NCBI GenBank assembly: GCA_963718515.1
Contig: OY970354.1
Location: forward strand, 758,808 to 822,807
DNA from: an uncultured bacterium
Lineage (GTDB): Bacteria > Patescibacteriota > Minisyncoccia > UBA6257 > 2-01-FULL-56-20
DNA: 64,000 nt
Reading direction: 5' to 3'
How positions within the stretch are numbered: position 1 is the stretch's first letter; each line of letters starts with the position of its first letter. A program made the position numbers and the translations under genes. The notes below the pieces were generated by a model. The model worked only from the letters and a program-made list of their open reading frames with translations, was not told the origin of the DNA and ran no database searches. This document shows positions 39,934 to 47,693 of the stretch, one piece after another.

Positions 39934-40482
39934 ATGATAGTCACGATCGGAGGAAATGTTGGCGCGGGGAAAACGACGCTTGCAACGCGCCTCGCACCGG
40001 CGCTGAATTATGAACAATTGTATGTGGGCGGCATCTTCCGCGAGATGGCGGCCAAGAAAAATCTTTCGATCGAACAATTTTATGCCCGGCTAAAAGACGA
40101 TCCCGCGCTTGAGCAGGCGGTGGATCAGCGCCAGGCGACGATGATGCGCAAACGCGACAACCTCATCGTGCAAGGACGCATCGCATGGTATTTTGCCAAA
40201 GGCAGCCCTTTTAAAGTATTCAATATCTTTCTCACCGTCAGTCCGGAAATGGGCGCGCGCCGTTCCGGCGAGCAAAAGGAAAACATCGGAAGGTCCACCG
40301 ACGAGATGGCGAGCGCCACCGCGGAGCGGGAAAAAATGGAGTGCGAACGATACAAAATGCTCTATGGGATCGAAAACCATCTTGATCCGGCGCATTACGA
40401 TCTCGTTCTCAATACCACTGCACTTTCCGAGCAAGAAGTTTTTGAAAAGGTGCTGGCGGCGATCAAAGAACATTCAAAATAA
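39934..40482 (+). CDS. Cytidylate kinase-like P-loop NMP kinase
   Basis: MIVTIGGNVGAGKTTLATRLA contains the P-loop. Its 182-aa size and layout resemble short (archaeal-type) CMP kinases or AAA_18 kinases. Confidence 0.6.
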   Translation: MIVTIGGNVGAGKTTLATRLAPALNYEQLYVGGIFREMAAKKNLSIEQFYARLKDDPALEQAVDQRQATMMRKRDNLIVQGRIAWYFAKGSPFKVFNIFLTVSPEMGARRSGEQKENIGRSTDEMASATAEREKMECERYKMLYGIENHLDPAHYDLVLNTTALSEQEVFEKVLAAIKEHSK

Positions 40483-40521
40483 AACCCGCGCGACGCCGTA
40501 GGCGTACGCGTAGAAGTATTG

Positions 40522-41205
40522 CTACAGCCCCAACGCTTTTTGCGCGATAGCCCAGACCTTCTCGTGCACCTCTTCGATCGAGAGCAAGCGTCCGCTCTCC
40601 ATGCATTCCACTACGGTAAAATCTTTCGGGAATAATTCCGCGATCTGCAAATATACCTTTTCCGTCTTTTCAAGATAAGCGATATCCGCCTCGTGGATAT
40701 CCTTTTTTTGTGGCGCGGTTTCCTGTGCCGCTCTCTTTTTACGCAACTCCAACGCTATCGCCGCGGGCACGTGGAGAATGATATTGAGATCGGGCTTTGG
40801 GATCTTTAGCATTCCGTATTCAATATCGTAAAGCCATTTAAAAAATTTCATACGCTCGGCTTCGTCATCTATCTTTGATCCTTGATGCCCCATATTGGAT
40901 CCGACGAAGCGATCCAGAATCACCGTGTCTCCCGCTTCCAGCCATTTCGAAAGGCGCTTTACGCTTGCATCAAACCTGTCCATCGCATAAAAAAGTGATG
41001 CCTCATAGGGGCCGATATCCGCCAGCGTGCCATAATTTCCCGCAAGGTATTCCCGCACAAAATACGACGACGGTTCTTCGTATTGGGGAAAATGCGTGGT
41101 CTGCAACACCATCCCGCTTGGGATCCTTGCGATCAACCGCTTGAACTGCTCGCTCTTGCCGGAACCATCCGGCCCTTCGATGACGATGAATGTGCCTCTG
41201 TTCAT
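40522..41205 (-). CDS. tmk: Thymidylate (dTMP) kinase
   Basis: FIVIEGPDGSGKSEQFKRL contains the P-loop. A DRF motif (ILDRFVGSNMGHQ) and a lid region are present. Confidence 0.85.
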   Translation of the reverse strand: MNRGTFIVIEGPDGSGKSEQFKRLIARIPSGMVLQTTHFPQYEEPSSYFVREYLAGNYGTLADIGPYEASLFYAMDRFDASVKRLSKWLEAGDTVILDRFVGSNMGHQGSKIDDEAERMKFFKWLYDIEYGMLKIPKPDLNIILHVPAAIALELRKKRAAQETAPQKKDIHEADIAYLEKTEKVYLQIAELFPKDFTVVECMESGRLLSIEEVHEKVWAIAQKALGL

Positions 41206-41237
41206 TCCCTTTATTATATATGAAGGTTTTGATAATC

Positions 41238-41268
41238 AAAAAAACCGGCGTGCGCCGGTCTTTTCTTT
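41238..41268. terminator. Bidirectional intrinsic terminator between the accessory element and tmk
   Basis: The sequence is AAAAAAA-CCGGC-gtgc-GCCGG-TCTTTTCTTTTT. An A-tract and a T-tract flank a GC hairpin. Confidence 0.6.
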
Positions 41269-41445
41269 TTATCCCACCACCTCGATTCCCATAGTTCTCA
41301 CCGGGGCTCTTATAATTTTTTAAAAAATTAAACAAACCAAGAATATATAAATGTTTTAAGTTACCATTTGAGTATAGCACAGCCCTCCTGGCGTACTAAA
41401 CGTCGGTTGTGTATAAATCCCCTGCTATGACATGCTTGAAAATAA

Positions 41446-42390
41446 CTATTCCCCTCGTAAACTGCGGTAGGCATCTTCCCTGTCTTTTCCGAAAAGCATC
41501 GTATACGGATACGAGCTCTCCACGCGGGCGTGTCCCATCATGCTCGAAATGACAAAATTGTTTGCCTTCTTTTTCGCCAGATCACGCCCGAAGAGATGCC
41601 GGAATGAATGGGCGTTGATGATCGGTAGCTTCGCCCTATTCGAGTATTTGCGGAATAATTCCGCAACATAGCTGACTTGCAATCTTCTTCCCTTAGCGGA
41701 ATGATATGAAGCGTTGCATCCAGCCTTGATCCCAAAAAATAAAGTTTTTGGTTCTTCGAGTTCCGTCGTTGCGATAAACTTCTCTCGACAGGCAACCCAT
41801 TTTTTCAACTGCTCATTCGTTGCATTGCTCCAAAAGATTTCCCGATAAGGCACGACTCCGCGCGATTTTTCCGTTTTGATCCGCGCTGACTTCTTTTCCA
41901 AGTTGAGATCATCCATGTCGAGAGAAATAATTTCGCCGTTTCTCGCTCCCGTGTCATGGATGAGCATGAGGATCGCTTTGTCCCGGACTGCGTAGGTAAT
42001 TTCGCCACACTTCCCCTCATCCTTTACCGCTGCAAGAAGCTGCTCATACTGTTCTTCGGTGGCAACACGCGGAAACTTGAACACCTTACGCGGAACCGGA
42101 ATAAGATCGGGATCGAAGCCGACTTGGATGCGACGCTTGAACATATGTTCGAAAAAGATTTTGATCGCTATCGCTTTCTTTTGCCGAGTGTTGTCGTCGT
42201 ATCCCAACCTCTTCACCAGCGCCAACCAACTCTCACATTCTTCAAGGGTTATTGATTCTACCTCTCGTGCGAGATCCCTTATGTAGAACATGAAATCCGA
42301 AAGATGGACGAAATCCTGTGTAACCGTTTTTGCTTTCCGATTCTGATGGCGAGAACCCAAATACAGGTCTATTGCATCGTTTAGTTTCAT
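41446..42390 (-). CDS. Tyrosine recombinase / phage-type integrase
   Basis: It has an N-terminal SAM-like core-binding domain. The catalytic region includes IHDTGARNGEI, HSFRHLFGRDLA and MMGHARVESSYPY (R..HxxR..Y signature). Confidence 0.85.
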   Translation of the reverse strand: MKLNDAIDLYLGSRHQNRKAKTVTQDFVHLSDFMFYIRDLAREVESITLEECESWLALVKRLGYDDNTRQKKAIAIKIFFEHMFKRRIQVGFDPDLIPVPRKVFKFPRVATEEQYEQLLAAVKDEGKCGEITYAVRDKAILMLIHDTGARNGEIISLDMDDLNLEKKSARIKTEKSRGVVPYREIFWSNATNEQLKKWVACREKFIATTELEEPKTLFFGIKAGCNASYHSAKGRRLQVSYVAELFRKYSNRAKLPIINAHSFRHLFGRDLAKKKANNFVISSMMGHARVESSYPYTMLFGKDREDAYRSLRGE

Positions 42391-42594
42391 TATTTATTTT
42401 ATTTTTTTAACGCAAAAGCCCACCGATGCAACTCAAGTGGGCCTTTAACGGGAGACAATCTTTCGATTGCTCCAGGGCGTAATTTTACTCGAAAAAGAGT
42501 AAAAATACGAGACCCCATTGGTTGCATCACGTCTTTCGACTGATCCCCTTCGGGACAATGGGTTTTATGCTGTTTTGTTCGACCTCGCCGGACT

Positions 42595-42622
42595 ATACGG
42601 CGGTTCGTTTCCGCCGTCCAGT
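42595..42622. repeat. 28-bp direct repeat, copy 1 (contains a 7-bp-stem hairpin)
   Basis: ATACGGCGGTTCGTTTCCGCCGTCCAGT matches 45470..45497 at 27 of 28 positions. Confidence 0.8.
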
Positions 42623-42764
42623 CATGCCATAGCTAAATTGTTTTGAGGTAGGTTTTATAAATGTTTTTTGGGGTTATCAACACATAGGACTTGGATTGCA
42701 CTTGACGCGCCACCTTATACTAAGGGCGTGGAACCGTCCAACGGTTGGACGCCACCAAAAATAC

Positions 42765-43040
42765 ATGACTAACGCGACGACGACATGCAGTTATTCTAAC
42801 CCGATGGTTCTTAATGAAGGGTTATTAAATCTCGCTACTTCGACGGATAGCGGAGCGTTTGAATTTGGTAGCTCAACATGCCTTACCCTTTACGGGCAAA
42901 GCACCTCGACCGATAGTAGTTATTATAATGGCTTCACTTACGGAGAAATCGTGATTTCTGCATTTCTTGTGATTATCCTGTTAATAACGATCCATGCTTT
43001 TTTCTGGTTCAGCGTGAAGGGAATAAAAATCCGGCAATAA
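42765..43040 (+). CDS. Hypothetical small protein with a C-terminal TM helix (91 aa)
   Basis: The ATG at 42765 is preceded by the perfect palindrome GTCCAAC-g-GTTGGAC (42735-42749). The TM helix is IVISAFLVIILLITIHAFFWF. The start is uncertain. Confidence 0.4.
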   Translation: MTNATTTCSYSNPMVLNEGLLNLATSTDSGAFEFGSSTCLTLYGQSTSTDSSYYNGFTYGEIVISAFLVIILLITIHAFFWFSVKGIKIRQ

Positions 43041-43044
43041 AAAT

Positions 43045-43245
43045 TTAATATATTCTTCCGCTCCCCTGCTCTTTAGGAATATTTCCATGATGCTTTTTTC
43101 TATATCCCTTTACACAATCCGCCGAACAAAATCTGCTAGTAATCTGATAACTATTTTTTCTAGGATGATATTCTTTCCTACAATTGTCGCAAATTTTGAT
43201 TATGCTGAGGTCTCGAAATTTAAGGTCATCTTTTTTATTCATCAT
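43045..43245 (-). CDS. Small zinc-ribbon protein (66 aa), translationally coupled to the restriction gene
   Basis: MMNKKDDLKFRDLSIIKICDNCRKEYHPRKNSYQITSRFCSADCVKGY has a CxxC...CxxxC pattern. Its ATG overlaps the REase stop (ATGATGAATAA). Confidence 0.5.
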   Translation of the reverse strand: MMNKKDDLKFRDLSIIKICDNCRKEYHPRKNSYQITSRFCSADCVKGYRKKHHGNIPKEQGSGRIY

Positions 43246-44407
43246 CTTGATCTTGCAACGCCGCTTCCGCATCGGCTTTTTCCCCGTTTTCCAGTAAGAA
43301 TTTTTCGTATGATCCAATTCTCGTAAAATCAATATCATAATGCTCGCTATCAACCTTATAAACAACAGCTGTATCCAGCCCAATGGCCTGTAGCTTCTCA
43401 TAAGTGAGAAGCTCCCCTTCCTTCAAATTCAAAACATCGCGCAAGAGCCATTTGCCTAAAGCCGAATTCGGATTGCTCATGAGGGCTTTTGATCCATCTT
43501 GGCAAACCTTCGCATTTAAAATTTTTCTATCCGGCAGAAGAAGCTCGAAAGGAGCGTCGCGCTTTGGGAAAAACTTTGGAAATTTGTTGTGAATCCACGC
43601 CGGTATCGGAATGTATATTTCGTTCGGAGTGCGCGCGCGACCGCCAGCGTTCCATTGGTTAAGACCGCTTTTTTCTGGAACGTGCTTGAAGCCTCCACGA
43701 AGCGAATACAACGGAAGAAATACGTGAGGGCGAACCTCCTTGATCGGGGCAAATATGAGCTTGTCTTCTCCGATAAGCTTTTCTATCTCGCTAAAAGGAT
43801 CGTCAAGAATTCTAACAGGGACGTCGAGCAAGATTTTTTCCGTTACAAAGCGCTTATAAAGCGTGCTTTTAGTAACGTTGAAAGAATACTCCGCCGAAGG
43901 ATCGGAAAATTGGATCGTGTTGCCATTAACTTTTATGCTCTTAATGGCGTCGATTTTTATTAATGGCGCTGGAGTCTCGTACACGATAACCTTGCCAACT
44001 CGTCGGGTTACGCAGTGGTAGATCATTTCCTCAAGGCCGAATATCCTCTTAGTGGTTTCTATCCGTTCATTTCTAAGCTCGGCAATTTTCTGTATTTTCT
44101 CTTCCGGCGCGAGAGCGCGAAACAAGGCATGATCGCCGTTGAATTCAGCCACTTTTTGCATACTTTTGCCATTTCCTTCGAGGAAGGTCTTTATACCAAA
44201 GCCGATCTTGTCCTTTGAGGCATCGGCCGAAGCATCCGAACGTGAAAGGTTTTCAGCCTCGAAAGCCTTACAAAAAAGATTTTCTGTTGCCCGATATGCT
44301 AGGTAGGGTTCGGGCGCTTCCGAAAAAAGTTTCGACAACGAACCGACCGCCTTAAGCAGTCGTTCGTAATAAAGTACCTGCTCTTTGGGTTGATTCTCTA
44401 TGAACAT
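43235..44407 (-). CDS. Putative type II restriction endonuclease (family not determined)
   Basis: The 390-aa ORF overlaps the 3' end of the upstream m5C MTase gene by 56 nt on the same strand. I saw no other recognisable enzymatic motif. The context implies the R subunit. Confidence 0.6.
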   Translation of the reverse strand: MFIENQPKEQVLYYERLLKAVGSLSKLFSEAPEPYLAYRATENLFCKAFEAENLSRSDASADASKDKIGFGIKTFLEGNGKSMQKVAEFNGDHALFRALAPEEKIQKIAELRNERIETTKRIFGLEEMIYHCVTRRVGKVIVYETPAPLIKIDAIKSIKVNGNTIQFSDPSAEYSFNVTKSTLYKRFVTEKILLDVPVRILDDPFSEIEKLIGEDKLIFAPIKEVRPHVFLPLYSLRGGFKHVPEKSGLNQWNAGGRARTPNEIYIPIPAWIHNKFPKFFPKRDAPFELLLPDRKILNAKVCQDGSKALMSNPNSALGKWLLRDVLNLKEGELLTYEKLQAIGLDTAVVYKVDSEHYDIDFTRIGSYEKFLLENGEKADAEAALQDQDDE

Positions 44408-45362
44408 CTGGTTTCGTCTCTAGAGCTTTTTTTATCTGACGAGCTACGCGCTCGATAACCGCAACCGTTACAGAGTTCCCAAACTGCTTATACAGCTTTG
44501 TATCTGGGAGGTCCTTTGGTAGTTTATAGCTTTCGGGGAATCCCTGCAATCGCGCGCACTCCCTCGGAGTTAATTTTCTGATCCCATTCTTGTCCAAGAT
44601 GAGAGGGACGTTATGTCCGCCCGTCCCCATGTTTGCGGTGAGCGTGGGGCATACTCCGCTCTTGTTCGCCCGAACATATACGCGACGCCACTGATAAACC
44701 GTGTCATAGGATTTTATTGTCTTCTTCAATTCCTTATAAAGCGGTGAATTGGTGTAATAATATTTTTCGTCCACCTTTTTTTCCAACATGTCGGCGACGG
44801 TTTTGGTAAGAGGGATTGGATCGGGGAATTTGAAGGCGTTATAAGCCGTAAGCGATTTAAAACCGACAATATAAATCCTCTCTCTGTTTTGTGGGACGTT
44901 TCCATATTCGGCGCTGTTAAGCACTTGAGCCTTCACGTGATAACCGAGATCTTCCAAAGCTTCCGAGATTATGCCAAAGGTCCGGCCGTGGTCGTGGGTC
45001 TTTAAATTTTTTACGTTCTCCAAGAAAACAGCCTCTGGTTTTTTATCTTTTAAAATTCTGATGATCTCATAAAATAAATCTCCCCGGCCAGTATCAAGAA
45101 AACCGCGACGGTATCCAGCGATCGAAAATGGTTGGCACGGAAAACCACCTAGGAGGAGATTGAAGCTTGGCAAAGAAGAACTCTTTACCTTCGCAACATC
45201 GGCGATTGTCAAAGGGGTGGAATTAAAATTAAGATCGTACGTTGGCTTGCAGTAAGGATCAAAGTCGTTTGCGAAAACCGTCTCAAAGCCGGCGCGCTCA
45301 AAGCCGATCCTAATACCCCCTACTCCTGCGAATAAATCTATTGTTTTGAGATGGTCGTTCAT
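44352..45362 (-). CDS. DNA (cytosine-5)-methyltransferase (R-M partner)
   Basis: Motif I is DLFAGVGGIRIGF, motif IV is GGFPCQPFSIAG, motif VI is LENVKNL, motif VIII is QNRERIYIVG, and motif X is QFGNSVTVAVI. Confidence 0.95.
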   Translation of the reverse strand: MNDHLKTIDLFAGVGGIRIGFERAGFETVFANDFDPYCKPTYDLNFNSTPLTIADVAKVKSSSLPSFNLLLGGFPCQPFSIAGYRRGFLDTGRGDLFYEIIRILKDKKPEAVFLENVKNLKTHDHGRTFGIISEALEDLGYHVKAQVLNSAEYGNVPQNRERIYIVGFKSLTAYNAFKFPDPIPLTKTVADMLEKKVDEKYYYTNSPLYKELKKTIKSYDTVYQWRRVYVRANKSGVCPTLTANMGTGGHNVPLILDKNGIRKLTPRECARLQGFPESYKLPKDLPDTKLYKQFGNSVTVAVIERVARQIKKALETKPDVHRESTQRAGTLLRTTA

Positions 45363-45469
45363 ACCCTAATTGTACACCCTGATCGTTATATTTGCAGCCC
45401 CTTTTTTTGGGCATAACTTAGCCCATCATTTCGAGCCACGCGGTACAAGGCTTTTTCGATTACCACACC

Positions 45470-45497
45470 ATACGGCGGTTTGTTTCCGCCGTCCAGT
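45470..45497. repeat. 28-bp direct repeat, copy 2
   Basis: ATACGGCGGTTTGTTTCCGCCGTCCAGT lies upstream of the MTase gene. Together with copy 1 it brackets the R-M module. Confidence 0.8.
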
Positions 45498-45503
45498 AGT
45501 GGT

Positions 45504-45773
45504 CTATTTCCTCTCTTTTCGTCGGATGATTATGAAGTGATCTTGAAGATGAAGCAGATCGCCCGTAAGATTCTTTAAAATCTCCAGTTCGACCTCTTTG
45601 GTTGCGACCCCCTGTCTCAACATATCTAAAATTGTTGCCAACGTACCGAAATAATCCCCCTGCTCGATATGGAACTCTAACGATTTTATTCTTTTTTTCA
45701 TTCCCCTATCGTAGCATCTCAACATTAAAAAATTATTAAATGATTTTCCCATCTTGTCCGAAGGCGCCTGCAA
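45504..45773 (-). CDS. Hypothetical small protein (start uncertain; possibly M25 at 45701)
   Basis: The ORF is intact and helical (LEFHIEQGDYFGTLATILDMLRQGVATKEVELEILKNL). It is divergent from the 45812 ORF. Confidence 0.4.
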   Translation of the reverse strand: MQAPSDKMGKSFNNFLMLRCYDRGMKKRIKSLEFHIEQGDYFGTLATILDMLRQGVATKEVELEILKNLTGDLLHLQDHFIIIRRKERK

Positions 45774-45811
45774 AATTTGATTATCATTCCCTCAAGTTAT
45801 AAACTTCGCTT

Positions 45812-46135
45812 ATGCGCCTCCCTCAAAAAGATGAAGAAAAGGAACGTTTTAAGCGAATATTTGCCGACGAGCTTTTGGAATACCATTTTGAGCGGGTAGT
45901 CGGAAAAAACGAGAACAACGAAAAGCAATGGCGAGTGCTTTTGGATGAAAGAGTGGAACCGCACGCTCAAATTTTATGCGATATTTCACAATGGCTTCTT
46001 GATCGAGGGTGGAGCAAGGAAGTTGTAGAAGAATTATTTTTTGTTGCCGTCCAAGAAGATGACAGGCCAAAAAATTCCGACAAGGGCAAAAAGTCGGGCA
46101 AGCTCCGATCACTTTTCCGATCCCTTAAACCATAG
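45812..46135 (+). CDS. Hypothetical protein (107 aa)
   Basis: The ORF is intact and is one of only two plus-strand ORFs in the element. It has a Lys-rich C-terminus. Its 3' end overlaps the convergent MTase gene by 11 nt. Confidence 0.4.
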   Translation: MRLPQKDEEKERFKRIFADELLEYHFERVVGKNENNEKQWRVLLDERVEPHAQILCDISQWLLDRGWSKEVVEELFFVAVQEDDRPKNSDKGKKSGKLRSLFRSLKP

Positions 46136-47114
46136 TTCTTTTTATTGCTCTCAAGACTTCCGTCGCAACCTGCGGGACAATGGCATTGCCAAGTGATTTA
46201 AGACGTTCTATCCGATGTTGCTTCGCGGTAAGCTCACGTCCGTCCAACCTTCCGGGAAGCCCATCATCCACTCGACAAAGCTCGGTTGCAACCTCAAGCC
46301 AGTCGTACCCTGCACCACTTCCCCAAAATTGGACTTTCCCCGATCCGTAAGTCCAGCCCTGCTGTCCTGCGCCTTCGGAGTGGGCAGAATTTCGTATATA
46401 CGAGGTATTATCTGCCCAAGACGTGCTCCGTGTCGCACTCCCGTCTTCTTCGACTGTCGGTAAAAGAATCCGTTTTGATAATTCACCGTCTTTGTGTATT
46501 CCCCTCCGACTGCCTCGCTTGCCACGGGTGTCGGCGCCAGCATGGGCGACAATCCAAACCCGATCTCGTCTATGCGGGGCTTGGACACTTGCAGCTGGTA
46601 TAACAAAAACTTGGAAGGTGTAATTTTCTCTTTCCAGGTCAAGTAGCACTTGGTCGAGCGCCAGGTTGATGATTCCAGCAACGTTCTCACCAACAATCCA
46701 ACGGGGTCGCGTTTCTCGTATGATTCTAAGCATTTCTGGCCAGAGGTAACGGTCATCTTGATTGCCTCGTCGCTTCCCGGCAAAACTGAAAGGTTGGCAC
46801 GGGAAACCGCCCGTGAGGAGATCGAGTTGATAGCTTTGGGCAAGTTCATACTGTGCTTGCTTCCCTTCTTCTGCTGAGAGCTTTTGAGATTGGGCGTAAA
46901 GGTGTCCGCTGCGGTCGGCGTCGGCAATAAGTCGTTCGATTGATAGCTCCCTGATGTCGTTATAGATTTTTGCATTTTTAAAGTTTTTTTTAATTACTTG
47001 TTGGCAGAATTCATTGTTATCGCAAAAGCCCACGTTCTCGTACTCCTCGCCCCATACCCATTGCGCCGCGAGTGAGAATCCGCCGATGCCTGAAAATAAG
47101 TCTAGATGTTTCAT
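46125..47114 (-). CDS. Orphan phage-type DNA (cytosine-5)-methyltransferase
   Basis: Motif I is DLFSGIGGFSLAA, motif IV is GGFPCQPFSFAGKRRG, motif VI is GENVAG, motif VIII is APHRRDRVWIVAH, and the C-terminus reads RVDDGLPGRLD...RLKSLGNAIVPQVA. No adjacent nuclease gene is present. Confidence 0.9.
   Translation of the reverse strand: MKHLDLFSGIGGFSLAAQWVWGEEYENVGFCDNNEFCQQVIKKNFKNAKIYNDIRELSIERLIADADRSGHLYAQSQKLSAEEGKQAQYELAQSYQLDLLTGGFPCQPFSFAGKRRGNQDDRYLWPEMLRIIRETRPRWIVGENVAGIINLALDQVLLDLERENYTFQVFVIPAASVQAPHRRDRVWIVAHAGADTRGKRGSRRGIHKDGELSKRILLPTVEEDGSATRSTSWADNTSYIRNSAHSEGAGQQGWTYGSGKVQFWGSGAGYDWLEVATELCRVDDGLPGRLDGRELTAKQHRIERLKSLGNAIVPQVATEVLRAIKRTMV
46208..46975 (-). other. Nested 255-codon ORF in the +1 frame of the orphan MTase gene, itself carrying MTase-TRD-like motifs
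   Basis: The track ORF reads MQKSITTSGSYQSNDLLPTPTAAD...MTVTSGQKC...CYLTWKEKITPSKFLLYQL...ILPTPKAQDSRAG...PSFVEWMMGFPEGWTD. It has no stop for 255 codons and lies fully inside 46125..47114. Confidence 0.35.
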
Positions 47115-47115
47115 A

Positions 47116-47421
47116 TTATTGGAGGTAAAAATAATCTTCTTCGTCGTTGGTAATATTCGTGGGAAGAAACTGCTCTTTGAATATTTGTTTATTCATTCGT
47201 TTTTCTTCCATCCTGTCGAGTATGAATTCAATGGAATTGACCTCTGCCCGTATCAGTATTGGTTGAAATCTATGCTTTATCGGTAGGCAAAAATGCTCCT
47301 CATGCTCTTGCGCGATCGCCGGTTCGACATCAACCTCTTCTGGCACCGGCTTTATATCCTCGGCACTTTCTTGAACCTGCTTTTTTCTGAATAATCTTTT
47401 TAAGAAATCAAAGAAGCGCAT
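47116..47421 (-). CDS. Hypothetical soluble protein (101 aa)
   Basis: The ORF is intact. Its stop lies 1 nt before the MTase ATG, so the genes are operonic. Confidence 0.5.
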   Translation of the reverse strand: MRFFDFLKRLFRKKQVQESAEDIKPVPEEVDVEPAIAQEHEEHFCLPIKHRFQPILIRAEVNSIEFILDRMEEKRMNKQIFKEQFLPTNITNDEEDYFYLQ

Positions 47422-47429
47422 GGTATTGA

Positions 47430-47693
47430 TTAATTGATCCCCGGTATCTTGTTATAAATCCACCGTGCGGCCTTGTAAGTGAAGTATCCCGCTTCGATCG
47501 AGACAATGATGCCAAAGACGATAAAAAGTTCTGGTATGGGTAAAAATAGGTCAAAGAGGGCGAGATAATTACCCGCCTGCGTAAGCGTTCCCGTGAGATT
47601 GACGGATAATGAAGCGACAGGCAAAAGCAAAAGCGGTGCCGTAATGAGCTCCAAGAGATAAATGAAAATCTTAAGTAGCCAGTATACGATCAT
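47430..47693 (-). CDS. Hypothetical polytopic small membrane protein (87 aa, about 3 TM)
   Basis: Three hydrophobic helices are present. The start overlaps the upstream stop by 4 nt (ATGA). Confidence 0.55.
   Translation of the reverse strand: MIVYWLLKIFIYLLELITAPLLLLPVASLSVNLTGTLTQAGNYLALFDLFLPIPELFIVFGIIVSIEAGYFTYKAARWIYNKIPGIN

Noticed and set aside
41276-41445. A search for attL/attR direct repeats or a tRNA-derived integration site at the element's ends, comparing 41210-41445 with 51693-51771.
   Set aside because: I found only weak AT-rich similarity (tctta..ttttta..atta). There is no convincing repeat of 12 bp or more and no tRNA fragment. The boundaries remain approximate.
43045-43401. 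The 118-aa version of the small ORF downstream of the restriction gene.
   Set aside because: Its first 52 codons overlap the restriction gene in another frame. The Zn-ribbon part begins at the ATG that overlaps the R stop (43245).
42391-45500. An integron-like arrangement, with the integrase next to a cassette bounded by hairpin repeats.
   Set aside because: The cargo genes are co-oriented with the integrase rather than reading away from it. Only two repeats are present, and they lack the attC R''/L''-L'/R' architecture and the GTTRRRY core.
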